Assembly (NCBI RefSeq): GCF_006345805.1
Contig: NC_043013.1
Location: 2,852,001-2,916,000, forward strand
Origin: Octopus sinensis
Taxonomy: Eukaryota
DNA length: 64,000 bases
Direction: 5' to 3'
The position numbers and the translations under genes were made by a program. Shown piece after piece: positions 24,721 through 38,964 of the stretch (position 1 is its first letter; each line of letters starts with the position of its first letter). The notes below the pieces were generated by a model that searched no databases, was not told where the DNA came from, and saw only the letters and a list, made by a program, of their open reading frames with translations.

Positions 24721-25235
24721 AACAACTAGTTCTGGAACAGAAAATGAGAGAACTGCCATCACCACCGCTCCACCACCACATTCTTTTTCCTTCACTTCCC
24801 ACAACTTCTTTCCCCTCGGACTTTTTGTCAAACGGCGAGGATAGAAAGAATGCGGGAACATGGAAAGTCGATAAAATAAAGAAGCAGTCTTATACGAGGT
24901 TAGATGTAATCGACTAATATGATGCCATTTAAATTGCCTAACTTAGAAACATTATGTGTTTGGCGAGGACAGACATTGTCAGAACGATTTCGTGGTAGAA
25001 TAACATTTAACACGTTTGTCATTGATGAAAAATTCTTTTCCTACATTATTAAGGTTATTAAGCTTTGGAGCATTTGAATGTTGTCCTATTTACCATGGGA
25101 TGGTTTTTTAAAGAAGGACTGACCAGTGGACATTTTTCATATTACATTTATTTGTATAACAACGTGGATTCGAATAGCCCCTGGATACTATCGTGGCTTC
25201 TGATCTTAACTGATTGGAAGTGTTATCATGTACAT

Positions 25236-25518
25236 TGTTTTGTCTTGGTATAAAAGATGGGCTACAGCAAATATTCTGCTCAATACCACAGATTTGCTTG
25301 TCAGTTGTTTGACCTTAACCAGTTGAGCATGTCCCTTAGTGGCTGACGATATGTGCATCTCTGATCACGAGCAGAAGTAATGGGGGAGCATCATAGCCAT
25401 GTGTTGAGAGGGATTCTTTGGGGTTTGAATAATTCACCTCTGGAAACATGGGTGTTTCGTTCAACATTCTTCAACAACCCTTATTCAGGGACCTTTTGAG
25501 CAGGATGGGTTACTCGAC
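25236..25518. repeat. Same dispersed repeat, opposite orientation, partial
   Basis: Reverse complement of ~27155-27430. Confidence 0.85.
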
Positions 25519-26128
25519 CAGGCAGACACACAGAGACAGGGCCAGCAGCAACAACAGGATCCAGAAACTGTAGTTAGCAGTTCCAAAACATTACTGTTTT
25601 TAGTTCCGAAGATGAATGAAGAACTTGCTTCGTTCCCCGTGCCAAGACCTGACGACCAGGAAGGAGGCTTAGACCCCCGTCTCTCAGTAGAGCCACCGAG
25701 GGTAATAACGTGACAATGAGAAGCAAAAGAGGAATGGCAAGATGTCACTGGAAGTAAAAAGAGAAAAAAAGCATGAAAGAGAGAAATAAAACAAAGAAAA
25801 GATGCACAAGGAGAAGCCTGGACCATGTAGCACATGGAGGAATTTGGAAAAGTTCCAGACGGATCACTTAAACGACGAGAAGGAAGACCATGCGAATGAT
25901 GATCTGATTGAGGAAAACCTGGAACAGAAGGCGGTCAAAGTTGTGGAGTGTTCTGATCCAGTGTTAGGAATTTACTACTGGATGCTTGACAAATTTCCCT
26001 GCTACTCATCCGACATAGCAGAATAGCCATTGGTAGCTACGGAATGGTTTGCACTTAAAGGAATATGTTATTAAAGGCCGTTTACTGCTTAACTACTGAA
26101 CGTATCACATCATACAGACATACACCTG

Positions 26129-26231
<103 letters not shown>

Positions 26232-26270
26232 ATAATAATAATAATAATAATCATAGACGACAAATGTTGT

Positions 26271-26571
26271 TGTTTGTTCCTTTTCGAGCCATGCCTGGCT
26301 CATAAGGGCCGGTTTCCCGGTTTCCTTGGCATATAGGTTCCCCACCTGGACGGGACGCCGGTCCGTCGCAGGTGAGCTGTTAGATGCAGGAGGAAAGAGT
26401 GAGAGAAAGTTGTAGCGAAAGAGTCAGCAGAGGTTCACCATTACCTTCTGCCAGAGCCACGTGGAGCTTAAGTGTTTCGCTCATAAACACACACATCACC
26501 CGGTCTGAGATTCGAACCTGAGATCCCGTGACCACGAGTCTACTGCTCTAACCGCGAGGCTATGTACCTCC
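26271..26571 (-). mobile_element. tRNA-derived SINE with V/Meta-like domain
   Basis: Reverse complement co-linear with 20328-20629. Confidence 0.88.
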
Positions 26572-26574
26572 ATA

Positions 26575-26787
26575 ATAATAGACAATTACATAACAAATAC
26601 ACCAGGACTAGCAATTATATATAATATACAGAAAATAGCACTACTAGGCACCGCACACATCCTACGTAAAAGACTTTCAATACAGTAAATAATAAGAGCA
26701 TCACAACAAACCACAGCACATACCCAAGGCACACAGAACTGCGCTTGGTAGTGCAGTGAAAATACGTGGTAAATATAAAACTACAGA
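26575..26787 (+). mobile_element. R4/Dong-clade retrotransposon 3' end
   Basis: Translates TNTPGLAIIYNIQKIALLGTAHILRKRLSIQ* (stop 26686-26688), then ~100-bp 3' UTR and (ATG)n(ATA)n. Confidence 0.8.
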
Positions 26788-26868
<81 letters not shown>

Positions 26869-26872
26869 TAAA

Positions 26873-26906
<34 letters not shown>

Positions 26907-26955
26907 AAGAAGAAATCATTATTATTATTTTATTATTATTATTATTATTATTATT

Positions 26956-27430
26956 GAGTGAGCGAGCAGAGCATGCCATCAAAGTGACACTGGGGTAAAA
27001 TATACGAAGCCCAGTATACCCATCATGACTACCCGTCTGATAAGGGTACACCAGGCACATGCATCACAACCTATGTGCGCGACACGGTGATCTCATATCA
27101 AGATAAACAGCACATGACCTTGCAGGTGGAGCCCAGTTAGAATTTTCTTCAGATCGAGTAACCCATCCCGCTCAAAGGTCCCTGAATAAGGTTGTTTAAG
27201 GACGTTGAACGAAACACCCATGTTTCCAGAGGTGAATTATTCAAACCCCAAAGAATCCTTCTCAACACATGGCTATGATGCTCCCCACTACTTCTGCTCG
27301 TGATCAGAGATGCACATATCGTCAGCCACTAAGGGACATGCTCAACTGGTTACGGTCAAACAACTGACAAGCAAATCTGTGGTATTGACAGAATATTGCT
27401 GTAGCCCATCTTTTATACCAAGACAAAACA
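26956..27430. repeat. Dispersed repeat, longest copy, flanked on both sides by (TTA)n
   Basis: gagtgagcgagcagagcatgccatcaaagtgacac...ttttataccaagacaaaaca. Confidence 0.85.
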
Positions 27431-28119
27431 TATTATTATTATTATTATTATTATATTATTATTATTATTATTATTCTTATTATTATTATTATTATTATTT
27501 TTATTATTTACTTAGTTAATTATTAATTAGGATTTGAACTGCAAAACTGTTAATGAGTGTGGATAAAGATATTAGAGATTTGAGAAGTATAATGGAAATG
27601 TAATAAGATTTTGAAGGAAATTTTTCTAAATGTGAAATTTCCCTTATATTTGAAGATGACAAAGTGTTTGTGAACATGAAAATTTATTAATCTAAATGTA
27701 TTACACCTTCATGGAGCCAATATTAATCTTAAATCAAGCCTCTTAAATCAGAAATATATTGAACTGCTTAGAATCATTGAAACATTCTATATTGTGTGTA
27801 GCCCATTTTCATTATCGCGATTAGATTACATTCCTACAAACCTCTCCTTATACAGATAATCCCCATTCTTCGTCTGTCTGGCAGCAGGCCAATTATTCTA
27901 GAACACACTCTTAAAGTCAGTTCAAACTGAGATACAGAGATAAGCGCAAATGTATTTGAAATAAGCGGCGGCATTCACTAATGATTCGTTGTTTGTGATT
28001 TTATTGTTGTGCTTCGTTTCTTAATTGTATAGAATATGTGTTATATTGGTCGTATTATTGACTGGTGATTGTGCTGTCTTGTATATGTCTGAATCGCTTG
28101 GAGATGACTGTGTATAAAA

Positions 28120-28760
28120 ATGTCCTGAATTGTGATATTGAACTGAAAATGTCTTGCTTAGAAAATGTTGTTTGTCTCGTACGGCTTGTTTTGAACAATG
28201 TGTGTAGATGGAAGCACTAAGTTTTTCTTTATTGTTTTCATCACGTTCTTTTATCATACAGAGTGCATCGATTGCTAGTGGAACCGATTCTACTCTCGTG
28301 TGCAACATTTTACTGATTTCAATTTCGAAGTGTCTTTGATTTTTGATAGTTTTTCGACTTCGATTGGTGCGACAAACGAATAGAGATATCTACAAGACAT
28401 ATATTTTCCTACTCATCTTAGATTATGAAATCTGGGTAAATTCCCTTTGATCTTCTTACCATTCTAAACAGATATGTTCAAGGTTATCGTAGCTGGATCA
28501 TTGTTATATATCAGTGCGTGTTTATACCTGTTTTCTCAATTTTTCGCTTCAAAGTGTTAATATATTGTATAATGGACGTAGCTGTGAATTTAGTAGTGTC
28601 TCCGAGTGCACTGTCTTTGTAAAGATTCTGCAACAAGAAACGATGCAGTCAATTGTTTCTTATGGCGTAGTCTGCAGTTCTTTCTTAGTTCTTTCTATAT
28701 TTATATTTTTGGACTTTTAATGTTTAGGCATTGATTTTGTGCAGCTAAAATGAAACGTTT
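28120..28760 (-). mobile_element. Old R4/Dong-clade fragment: zinc knuckle plus restriction-like endonuclease
   Basis: CRL...ETIDCIVSCC; YPDFII*DE*ENICLVDISI; MLHTRVESVPLAIDALCMIK; KQAVRDKQHFLSKTFSVQ (homologous to 26575 fragment). Confidence 0.7.
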
Positions 28761-29231
28761 CTTTTGTGTCCTCCTTTGAACCATTCTTAACTTTTCTATT
28801 GACTCCTTCCTCTCTGTCCAGTCATACAACATACTCACCTTTGAGTAGTTTTTCTTTCCGCTTTTTTTTTTATTTGTTTTAGAATTACATTTTCATTTTT
28901 TACCTTTTCTTTTATTCTTCTTCAAAGAAGTTAGTTTCTAGTTTGTAATTTATTATTTTGAATTTCTGTTTCGCGTTTTCTTAAACTATTCAGTTTATTT
29001 TTGCTACCTCTAAGTATTTATATAGACTTACTGATATTGTGTAATATTTATATAGACTTACTGATATTGTGTAATAGCTGCCTATTTGATTCAGCTCATT
29101 GACCTCTGTTTGTCGGATGCGTATATCTCATGGATATCGATAGATAAAGATATCTACTTGGAATAATCTCCGTAGTTTTTCTGCATAGCCTCTTCAATGC
29201 ATTTCCAAATAAGTAGACTGAATCGATAGTA

Positions 29232-29490
29232 TTGGGTTGAGGAATAATTCATGAGCGTTTTAATCAAATTTAAAAATGAACGCAGAAATAAAACGCGGTG
29301 GCAAAATGTTTTATGTTACTTAAAAGAGAAGTTTTTGCTCTACAAAATAGCGTGTTTTGAGCTTTTAATTTTATTCATTTTTGTGTATTTTCAGACCATT
29401 AAAATGGAATGCCAAATGGACAAAACTGCGCATTTTCGACACCATTTGCTTTTTGCATTTAATCGAGGCGTTAAGGCCGCCGATGAGTAG
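29232..29490 (+). mobile_element. Mariner 5' fragment
   Basis: TA|ttgggttgaggaataattcatgagcg end, then MECQMDKTAHFRHHLLFAFNRGVKAA (mariner N-terminal HTH). Confidence 0.75.
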
Positions 29491-30844
29491 CATGGAAATT
29501 TGTCAGGGTAAGACGACAGAAACCAGATATTTCCTCTTTCAGTAGGAATTTTGAAATTATTGGAGACGTTTCTCTCAGGCTCCAACCGATATGGCCATCA
29601 AGCATGATGACATCACAACAAGAGAGCGCTTACACAGTCGCAAGATCTCCAAGAAAGAGCAGCCGAGCTCCCTCAAATTATACCTTATCGCCTTAAATAA
29701 GGAAAGGATACTTTGCAGAGCTAAGTCAATCCTACAAGCCCTAAAAAGAAAGGACGGTCACCTTTGAAATACATTTGATTGTAGGTCTGCTCAGCCAAAG
29801 CTGACCTGGGGCTAAACAACAACACCACCTTTTACCCTAAATTTATCCACACCAACGCATTTTCGCATCACACTTTCGTAACTGTTAATGTCATAATCAG
29901 ACACTAGGGGCTGCAGCTGCTCTTGTCTAATTGTTACAACTTCCAGTCGACTTTATTCATTCTAGTTTGCTTCAAACCATGTCCAGCATGATGGATGACA
30001 CTTTTATAAGAAGTAGTAGTAGCAGCAGTAGCAGCAGTAGTAGTTGTTGTAGTTATTGTTGCAGAATATGATGGATAGCTCTTTTATATGTTTCTTCAAC
30101 CGTTTCATGTATTGCTGCTGCGACTGTTGTTGCAATGTGTTCATGTGCGCGCGTTATCGTTTAGTTCCAGGCCAGCAAAGTTCGAGCAGCTCTCTCTATA
30201 TGTAATCAAAGGCGTTCTGTCCGTGACCATACCATCTGCTTTTTCAGACATACCAGATCTATTATTATCCAACGTGTCTTTCTTCTTATTAATCATTTGC
30301 GGTAGATTTGGCTGCTTTATCTACTAGATCGAGCGACAACTCGAGACCTTCTTCTTAGGTTCATGTGCGCTTGTTGTTGGTTCTGTTGCTGTTGCTGTTG
30401 TTGTTGTTGTTGTTGTTACTATTATTACCATGTCAGCCATAGTTATTGTTGTTGCTGTTTTAGTTGTTGTGGATATTGTCATCGTTATTTTTTATTGATG
30501 TTGCAGTTGGTGCTACTGTTATGGTTGCAACGGACCTTGTGGGGTGCATTAGTTGTCGTTGTTGTTATTGTCATCATCATCGTCGTCGTTGTTTTGTTTT
30601 TGCTGCTGTTGTTGTTGTTGTTGTTGTTGTTGTTTTTCTGGTGTATTTGCTTCTCCCCGAGAAAGAAAATAATTTGCTGCACCCTACCGCACCAATCTGC
30701 TTCCAACACCTGCCGCATTGTGGCGCTGTCGTCAAGGTTCTTCTTCTTCTTCTTCTTTCTTTTCTATTTTGCCCTCGTTAATTTATTCATAGATTTTTGC
30801 GAATCAATTTAGTTCGCTCATTTATCCGCACTTGATTTAGATTT

Positions 30845-30887
30845 ATGACCTTAACTACTACTACTACTACTACTACTATTACTACTA

Positions 30888-30937
<50 letters not shown>

Positions 30938-30985
30938 GCTACTACTGCTGCTGCTACTGCTGCTGCTACTGCTGCTGCTACTGCT
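30845..30985. repeat. (TAC)n/(TGC)n microsatellite
   Basis: Directly visible. Confidence 0.95.
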
Positions 30986-31419
30986 TCAGCTCATAACTTT
31001 GTATTCAGTGTGTGCTCCTTTCCTACAGCCACTGATTTTATAACTTAGTCATGAAGACTCGTAGTCTAGTATTTAAGCTGTCTGACTCCCAATTGTGAGG
31101 TTGTGGGTTCGATTCTTGCACTGGACTCTTTGTGTATTTGGGTAAGGGACTTCATCTCACGTTACCACAGTTTACCGCGGGAAAAAGCGTTTCGCGGACT
31201 ATTTGCCCCAAATCTAGCGAAGGTAAGTTGACAAGTTGATGGCTACTGCACAATTGATGACGACGATAATGATGATGAAACCTTACTCAGTCACCCACCA
31301 CAACAGGGATGACTTGTGGCTAAAAAATACCAAAAAAAGCAGCAATAATCTTCTACTACAACTGCTGCTGTTGGCGCTGCTGCTTCCACTGTTGCTGATG
31401 CTGTTGCCGCCGCCACTCC

Positions 31420-31600
31420 ATCACCACACTGCTACCACCACCACCACCACCACCACACCACCATCACCATCACCACCACCACTACCACCACCACCACCAC
31501 CACCATCACCACTACCACCATCACCACCACCACCACCACCACCACCAACACTACCACCACCACCACCACCACCACCACCACCACCACCACACCATTGTTG
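31420..31600. repeat. (CCA)n microsatellite
   Basis: Directly visible. Confidence 0.95.
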
Positions 31601-32129
31601 TTGCTGCTGTTGCTTGAGAGACAATCGATCGGGAGAGAAATAGATTAAGAAATACCGTTTCATCTTTTCCCAGATGGGATCAAGGTTGTTTGTTATTGAA
31701 ACGGTTGTAGCGTGGAATGGAAACTGTGTCACTACTTCATAAAGACATCTGCAGCAGCGACAGCAGCAGCAGCAGCTGTAGCAGTGGCCTATTCATACCC
31801 CTTTCCTCCCCATCCATACCCTCATACACCACTGTCAAATAAAATGACTAAACACAACAAAGGATGCCAACATTGACATATGTTGTTTCTCGTAGATATT
31901 AGCTCACGCATCCTTGAACCAACAAAAGAATCTATTCTACGTGGCTTAGTCGGCCTGCAAAAAATAGCAGCCAAATCTCCCTCGGTTCGCACCTTTAAAA
32001 TGTTTAGTGGAAACGAAGCACACATGGAAGGCAATTATCGATAGATAGGTCTAAAACTGCGACAGGAAAAATTTATCCATTAGATTAAAGAGTAATTCTG
32101 CTGCTGCTTTGCCTGGTGTAATATATATA

Positions 32130-32155
32130 CATGCATGTATATGTACACGTATATG

Positions 32156-32230
<75 letters not shown>

Positions 32231-32232
32231 TA

Positions 32233-32267
<35 letters not shown>

Positions 32268-32275
32268 TATATATT

Positions 32276-32324
<49 letters not shown>

Positions 32325-32445
32325 GTATATATACGTATATATATATGTGTGTGTATGTCTGTCTGTCTACATATATATATATATATATTATATATATATA
32401 TATATATATGCATGTGTGTGTCTCTGTGTGTGCGCGCGCGTGTGG
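32130..32445. repeat. (TA)n-dominated array
   Basis: Directly visible. Confidence 0.9.
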
Positions 32446-33509
32446 ATTTGAACTTAATGACTACCTCCTCATTTAAAGCCCTAACCTCACCGTCTTAGTA
32501 TCATCTCCATTCACAAGCTTCCCTCTTTTGGAACAATTTCCTCAAAATGCATTTCTTCCGAACCGTATCTCAATGAGACTCTCTAATGGAACTGTTTATC
32601 TCTCTCCACTTTTGGCCCGCCCCACCGCTACTCATTATCACCAGCTTCACAGCTGTGTATTTCAAACGTTTGTCTGAACTGAACTGACTGTATATTTTAT
32701 TTCTGAAATTAAGGACACTACCACCAGTATCATCATCACCACCACCACCACCACCAGTTACACTACCAACACACTGCAATCACCACCAGCTCCAATACTC
32801 GACTCCTCCACTTCCGCCACCACCATCGCCAACACCACCACCACCACCACCACCACCACCAACGACAACAACAACAACGACGACAACAACACCACCAACG
32901 ACAACAACAATAACAACAACAACAAAAACAGCACCGCCTCCTCCACCATCAGATCCACCGTTACTGCCATTAAAACCATCAACATCTCTAATTCCTTAAA
33001 TTCTTCTTGACCACATTGTACCTTTGATCGATGGTGCTACAACAAATAAATCAGTTTTGTACAATTTGATTCAATAGCGGAAATGCATTACTTCTCATTT
33101 CCGGTATCATCTGAATCTTTTCAGTATGGAGATTCATTGTTTGCATAAAATGTAATGTTGTTGTTAGCTGTATTTGGTAGTGGTGTCGGCCATTTAAAAA
33201 AAAATGTTTTGGTAGTGGCGTCGGCCATTTTAAAATAAATGTTATATATTTAATTATCTATATATCTATTTATAATCTCTATCACAAATTGTGGAAAATA
33301 CCTTCACTGGTCAGGTGTTTGCAAAAGATCAATCACTAGTTTAGTGCATTTCTGACAGCGAGAGTAATAAGGGAGTGTCTGCAACTCATTATAAAACAAA
33401 TATCTCAAGAGACTTTGTTCGAGAGACACTGCTTTTTTTTTTTTTCAGTTTTCTCACCGTTGTTTAGATCATTCTGTGGCAACAGATCGGCGAAAACCTC
33501 ATCCGCACT

Positions 33510-33551
<42 letters not shown>

Positions 33552-33647
33552 CACACATACACAAACACACAAACACACATACACATATGCACACATGCAC
33601 ACACACACGCATATAATATGTAGATACATAGATAGATACATACACAC

Positions 33648-33689
<42 letters not shown>

Positions 33690-33890
33690 TTGGAAATGGA
33701 TGCGTCGCGTTCAATTGAATAATACTATATGCTCGAAATGAGGAGTAGATAGACAGCCAACAGCTGATGATGGGTCCTTTCTCCGTGTTTATTTGTCCTA
33801 TTTTCTGTTTTTCTTTCTCATTGTTTACGTATTTCATATAATTTGCACCGTTGGTGACGTCCTGTACATGCATGTGTGTGTATATGTATG

Positions 33891-33967
<77 letters not shown>

Positions 33968-34201
33968 GCATACACACACACACATTCATATATATATATA
34001 TTTTAGGGTAGCAAAAAAATTCTAGAAAGATTCTCCGCTACCAGTGGTCTAGCGAGAAGGAAAGAATAGTGGTTTGGAGTTTAACTGCTCTTTCTAGTGA
34101 GTCAGATGTCCTATTATGGTCACCTCTTATGTGTTTATATATATATGTATATATACATACATGCATATATATGTATATATTATTTATTGTATATATATAT
34201 G

Positions 34202-34233
<32 letters not shown>

Positions 34234-34826
34234 CTACAAAATTAGAAAATGGAGAAACATACTTAAATCAATAAAACATCAACTATCAGATGATACCCAA
34301 TCAATACTTTATTACACCATTACATATCAGTAAAGGCATTATACAAAATATACAGTAAAAGTAAATAGACAAAGAGATATAAGTATAACATTTCAAATAT
34401 AATATGTAATTAAATCAAATCTGACAGCTGTTTCGGCAGTGAGGGCAGTCATACCTCATTTAACCTATAAGCCATAAAGGCAGGTATAAATGAGGCATTA
34501 ACAAGGATGCCCCACGGCCTCTTCAGAGAATTAAATTTGTTATAATTGTGAAAAAGATTATTTAACCATATACATATAAATATAAAAATATAAAAATGTA
34601 AAATATAAAAACTTATACATAAACTTCATAATGCTACACTTATATAATATAATACTCATTGGTACAATAATGCAAGGTAAACAGAACAAAATAAAACAAA
34701 ATAAAATAAAACAAAACAAAAATAAAACATATATATATATATTATATATATATATATAATATATATATATATAACGGGAAGCTTTATGAAAATAGACAAA
34801 AGACGAAGGCAGGTGGGAAACAAACA

Positions 34827-34871
<45 letters not shown>

Positions 34872-35046
34872 GTAAAAGCAATTAAGATTCAAGTGAGTTC
34901 TGTTGAATTCACATGAATGCGGTACTTAACTTAGATGCACCAGAAATCTATATGGTATTACCACAAGATAATGCGGGGTGATTATAAACAAGAAAAAAGC
35001 AACAAAAATTGTACCGAAATATGATCCATTTTTGTTGCTTTTTTCT

Positions 35047-35123
<77 letters not shown>

Positions 35124-35832
35124 ATAAAAATGATGTATATATATACAAAAGTTAAAATTAGAATTAAAATTTAAATATGTGTAGTGTATTGTCCGTATGA
35201 ACAAATGAAAACAAATGTACAGCCTGACATTCAGAAGGACAGGCAGACAGACAGAGAATACAGTGTCTACGAGAGAAAGAAAAGAAGGAAGATAAAGATA
35301 GACACAAGAAGAAAGAAACACTATGGCAGAACGAGGGACGACAGGAAAACATATGAAAAGAAAACGAAAAGAAGTGAATAGTTGAGCGATGTGAGGAGAA
35401 TCAGAAATGGTGGGAGATAGGAAGAGAGAGAGGGGGGGAAGGGAGAGAGAGAGAAGGGAGAGAGAAAAAAGAGGGGTGAATCGACATGTGCGTATTTGTA
35501 GGAATGGGGTCACGTTATAATTTGACTTAGATAACAACGCTGAAGAATGTTCTTTGATTCTTCCCGTCCTTCTGTAGACGGCGTCATTCGCTGTTAGTGT
35601 GTTCAGAGCTGTGTCATGTGTTATCTGCACCTTAGACACGACGATGGCCGAACTGACACAGTTTTTCCTTTACCTTTTATAAGGTCAGGTCGAAATGATA
35701 ACACAGTGTGTCAAGATTACCACTTGAGAAAATTTGAACAGTGCCTTCTGTCGTATCCAGTCTATGGGGTACGGTTGATATATCGTTTTTGTAAGGTAAA
35801 CTTCAAATCGATTTCTGAATCATCATTATTAC

Positions 35833-35863
<31 letters not shown>

Positions 35864-36103
35864 TTAGTCGTCGTCATCGTCATCGTTATCGTCGTCGTTG
35901 TCTTGGGAAACAGGACAAGTAAACACAGAGAAGGGACCCTTCAGCGTCAACTCACGACCAACGGCTTGCGTTTGTGGCGTATGACACGCTTGAGCAGCTA
36001 AAGCTTTCCACTTCACTCGATCCTAAAAAAGAGCAAACTGTTTATTTGCTTTCTCTCTCTCTCTCTCTGTCTGTCTCTCTCTCTGTCTCTCTCTTTCTTT
36101 CTT

Positions 36104-36159
<56 letters not shown>

Positions 36160-36663
36160 CTTCTCTATCATTTACAGTTTGTAGACCTCTGAATCAAGAC
36201 AGTCTGGTCATACGAATGAAGCTTATAATGTCTGACTGTTGGCAGATCGCTACATCTATAAGGTGTCCTGCATTAATCTATAAATATTAACCCATTTTTA
36301 TACGGTTGACGTCCCTGAATAATTTAGTCTCAAAACCCTCCTATTTCTCCAAGCCATTAGATGCCTTATTCTGTACACTTATGGCAAATATAATCAAGAC
36401 TATTCGTTATTGACTTAGATTAAAACAAGCAAGGAGATCAAAAACAACATGAGTCATTGAGTAGTAATGATTTTCCCATTTTATTTATAATTAATTTTTT
36501 AATGCTCTCTACATTAAATATGGTTTTAACTTATTTACTATACGGCGAAGGCAGGTCTTTGCTGAAAAACCTTAAACTTGCTCAATCATAACATTTATTT
36601 TCCTGAATTGCTTGCAGACTTATTACTTGGAAGATATCGTTGAATGGACGAGATAATACATGA

Positions 36664-36899
36664 CAGCAATCTCTCGACTATCGCGGGTGTTACGCTCCAA
36701 AACCCGCTGCGATGGGTGAAAATCCGCGAAGTAGAAACAGTACTGTACCGTATATTATTTTTTATTTTTATAATCTGTATATATTTTTATTTTATTGTAA
36801 ATGCAAAACAACACCACAGAGGAATCGGCGTAAGCTTAAATAATAAACCGCGATAGGTGAACCGTGATAGGTGAACTGCGATATGGCGAGGGATCACTG
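36664..36899. mobile_element. Tigger/pogo-type MITE
   Basis: Ends cagcaatctctcgactatcgc / gcgatatggcgagggatcactg|TA; internal cgataggtgaa repeats. Confidence 0.75.
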
Positions 36900-37054
36900 T
36901 ATTTGACAGACAGTGAATCAACATTTCGTATCCTGTAAGCTGAAATATGCTGCGTCAGTAATTAAGCCAATTAAAACCAATATTTAACGTTCACATAAAT
37001 ATAATTTTCGGCTGCTGTACCTCTGAAATATATCATAAGAGGTACCACAGCTAA

Positions 37055-37445
37055 TCTTTATATATAAAAATGAAGTTGTGTGTCTGTCTCCTACGATTTA
37101 GATTCTTAACTACTCCCACATTTTGCGGTGCAGTTTAACCAAAACCGGGTATCTTATAGTCGTGATTCATATCGAGCCCTTCTGGGTATTAGCGCGCGTC
37201 TACGATGAGTGTACGATTTTTAAAATAATTTACCATCATTTTTTTTCCATTTTCATGCATATTTTTTTAAAGGGAAGTAACTCTCTAAAAATGTCTACGA
37301 TGAGTCAACGATTTTAAAAAAAATTTACCATCATATTTTTTCCATTTTTAATGCATTTTTTTGCTATTCTTTGGCTATAACTCTCTAAAAATGCTGTATA
37401 GTTATTTCCCTTACAAACCCGAGCAACGCCGGGCGATACTGCTAA
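37055..37445 (+). mobile_element. Non-autonomous Helitron-type element
   Basis: A|TCTTTATATATAAAA start; 3' hairpin cccg-agcaacgc-cggg then ...CTAA|T; internal ~95-bp duplication. Confidence 0.75.
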
Positions 37446-37659
37446 TAACATATATGACGGAGGGTACCGTAGCACTGACGTGTATATTATAAGTTAGTTA
37501 TGAAGAGTTCAAGTTCTACAGTGAACTCCGGTGCGGACAGTAACGTTAAGGCCGCAACCTTTACTCCGACACCACCACCACCACCACCACAGCTAACTGG
37601 AAATGAAACTGAATGCAGTCTACTGAGAATTTATTCGAATGCAACGTCTTCAACAAATA

Positions 37660-37872
37660 TTGCTTCAAATTTTGGCACAAGGCCATAAATTTCGTGAGAG
37701 TGGTTAAGTCGATTACATCAATCCCAGTGTTCAAATGGTACTTATTTTATCGACCCCGAAAGGATGATAGCAAAGTCGACCTCGGCGAAATTTGAACTCA
37801 AAGCATAAATACGGACAAAATGCCGCTAAGCATTTTGGTCGGTGCTAACTATTCTGCCAGTTCGCTGCCTTG
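37660..37872 (-). mobile_element. Deu/Nin-like SINE, alternative-tail subfamily
   Basis: tcgaccccgaaaggatga...aaagtcgacctcggcgaaatttgaactc; tail ttcaaattttggcacaaggcc. Confidence 0.8.
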
Positions 37873-38169
37873 ACGTCTTCAACACATTAATGATTTGTTC
37901 AAAATAGCATGACCCAATTACGGTTTGTGATGTCGCTAGTGAATTTCTGGAGATATCACAATAGGCTGGTCTCACTGACTGAGTGACGTTCATGCTTTTT
38001 AAAAGATGTTAGCAACTTCTGCGGAGTGAAAATGACTACGTTCAAGAATGGAGGCAGGAATCACCGCGTAACGCTGGCTCCTTCACACAAATAATTATAA
38101 TAATTATAAATGAAACATATTAGACGTGCACAGTTGAGCACCTGGCACGATAACACTGCAGCTCTAGAG

Positions 38170-38175
38170 ATGATG

Positions 38176-38207
<32 letters not shown>

Positions 38208-38240
38208 GGTGATGGTGATGGTGGTGGTGGTGGTGGTGAA

Positions 38241-38274
<34 letters not shown>

Positions 38275-38380
38275 CGGGAGAATAGACGGAAGAAGAAAAT
38301 GAAGGTGATGGCGATGATTATCGTGACAATAAGAATAAGTATGATGAAGAAAAAGAAAAAAAGGAAGAAAAAGAGTAGTT

Positions 38381-38426
<46 letters not shown>

Positions 38427-38520
38427 AAGAAGAAGAAGAAGAAGAAGAAGAAGAAGAAGAAGAAGAAGAAGAAGAAGAAGAAGAGAGAAGAAGAAGAAGA
38501 AGAAGACGAAGAAGAAGGTG
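38170..38520. repeat. (GAT)n/(AGT)n/(GAA)n compound microsatellite
   Basis: Directly visible. Confidence 0.95.
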
Positions 38521-38964
38521 ATGGTGAGAGATTGGTTGTGGCGGTGGTGATGGTGTTCGCGGTGGGTGATGTTGATGACGAGGACTAACGTGACAGCGAT
38601 GAGGATAATAAGCATGATGTCAAGAAAGATGATTATGATGACGACGACGACGACGATGATGATGATGATGATGATGATGATAAAGATGTCGTTGACTGGA
38701 TTGCAATAACGAACGCCAAACAATGATTCCTACTCGACGTTAGATACGAGCAAGATATGTAACACGGATTTTCATTAGACCAGCTGGAGATTGGCCTATA
38801 ATTGCATCGAAACACCGTTGTAAACCTTTTGTTAAGTGTTTATCGTTATATCTGCTGGTTTTACTTTCTATAATTGACATTTTCTGTATGTTTGTATTAA
38901 CATAGCACGAACAACAACAACAACAGCAACAACAACAATAATAGTAATGGTAATAATAATAATA

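Noticed and set aside
25520-26026. Coding-like stretch (QQQQDPETVV...WQDVTGSKKRKK...MHKEKPGP)
   Set aside because: Broken by stops and frameshifts; may be a LINE ORF1 remnant but no diagnostic motif.
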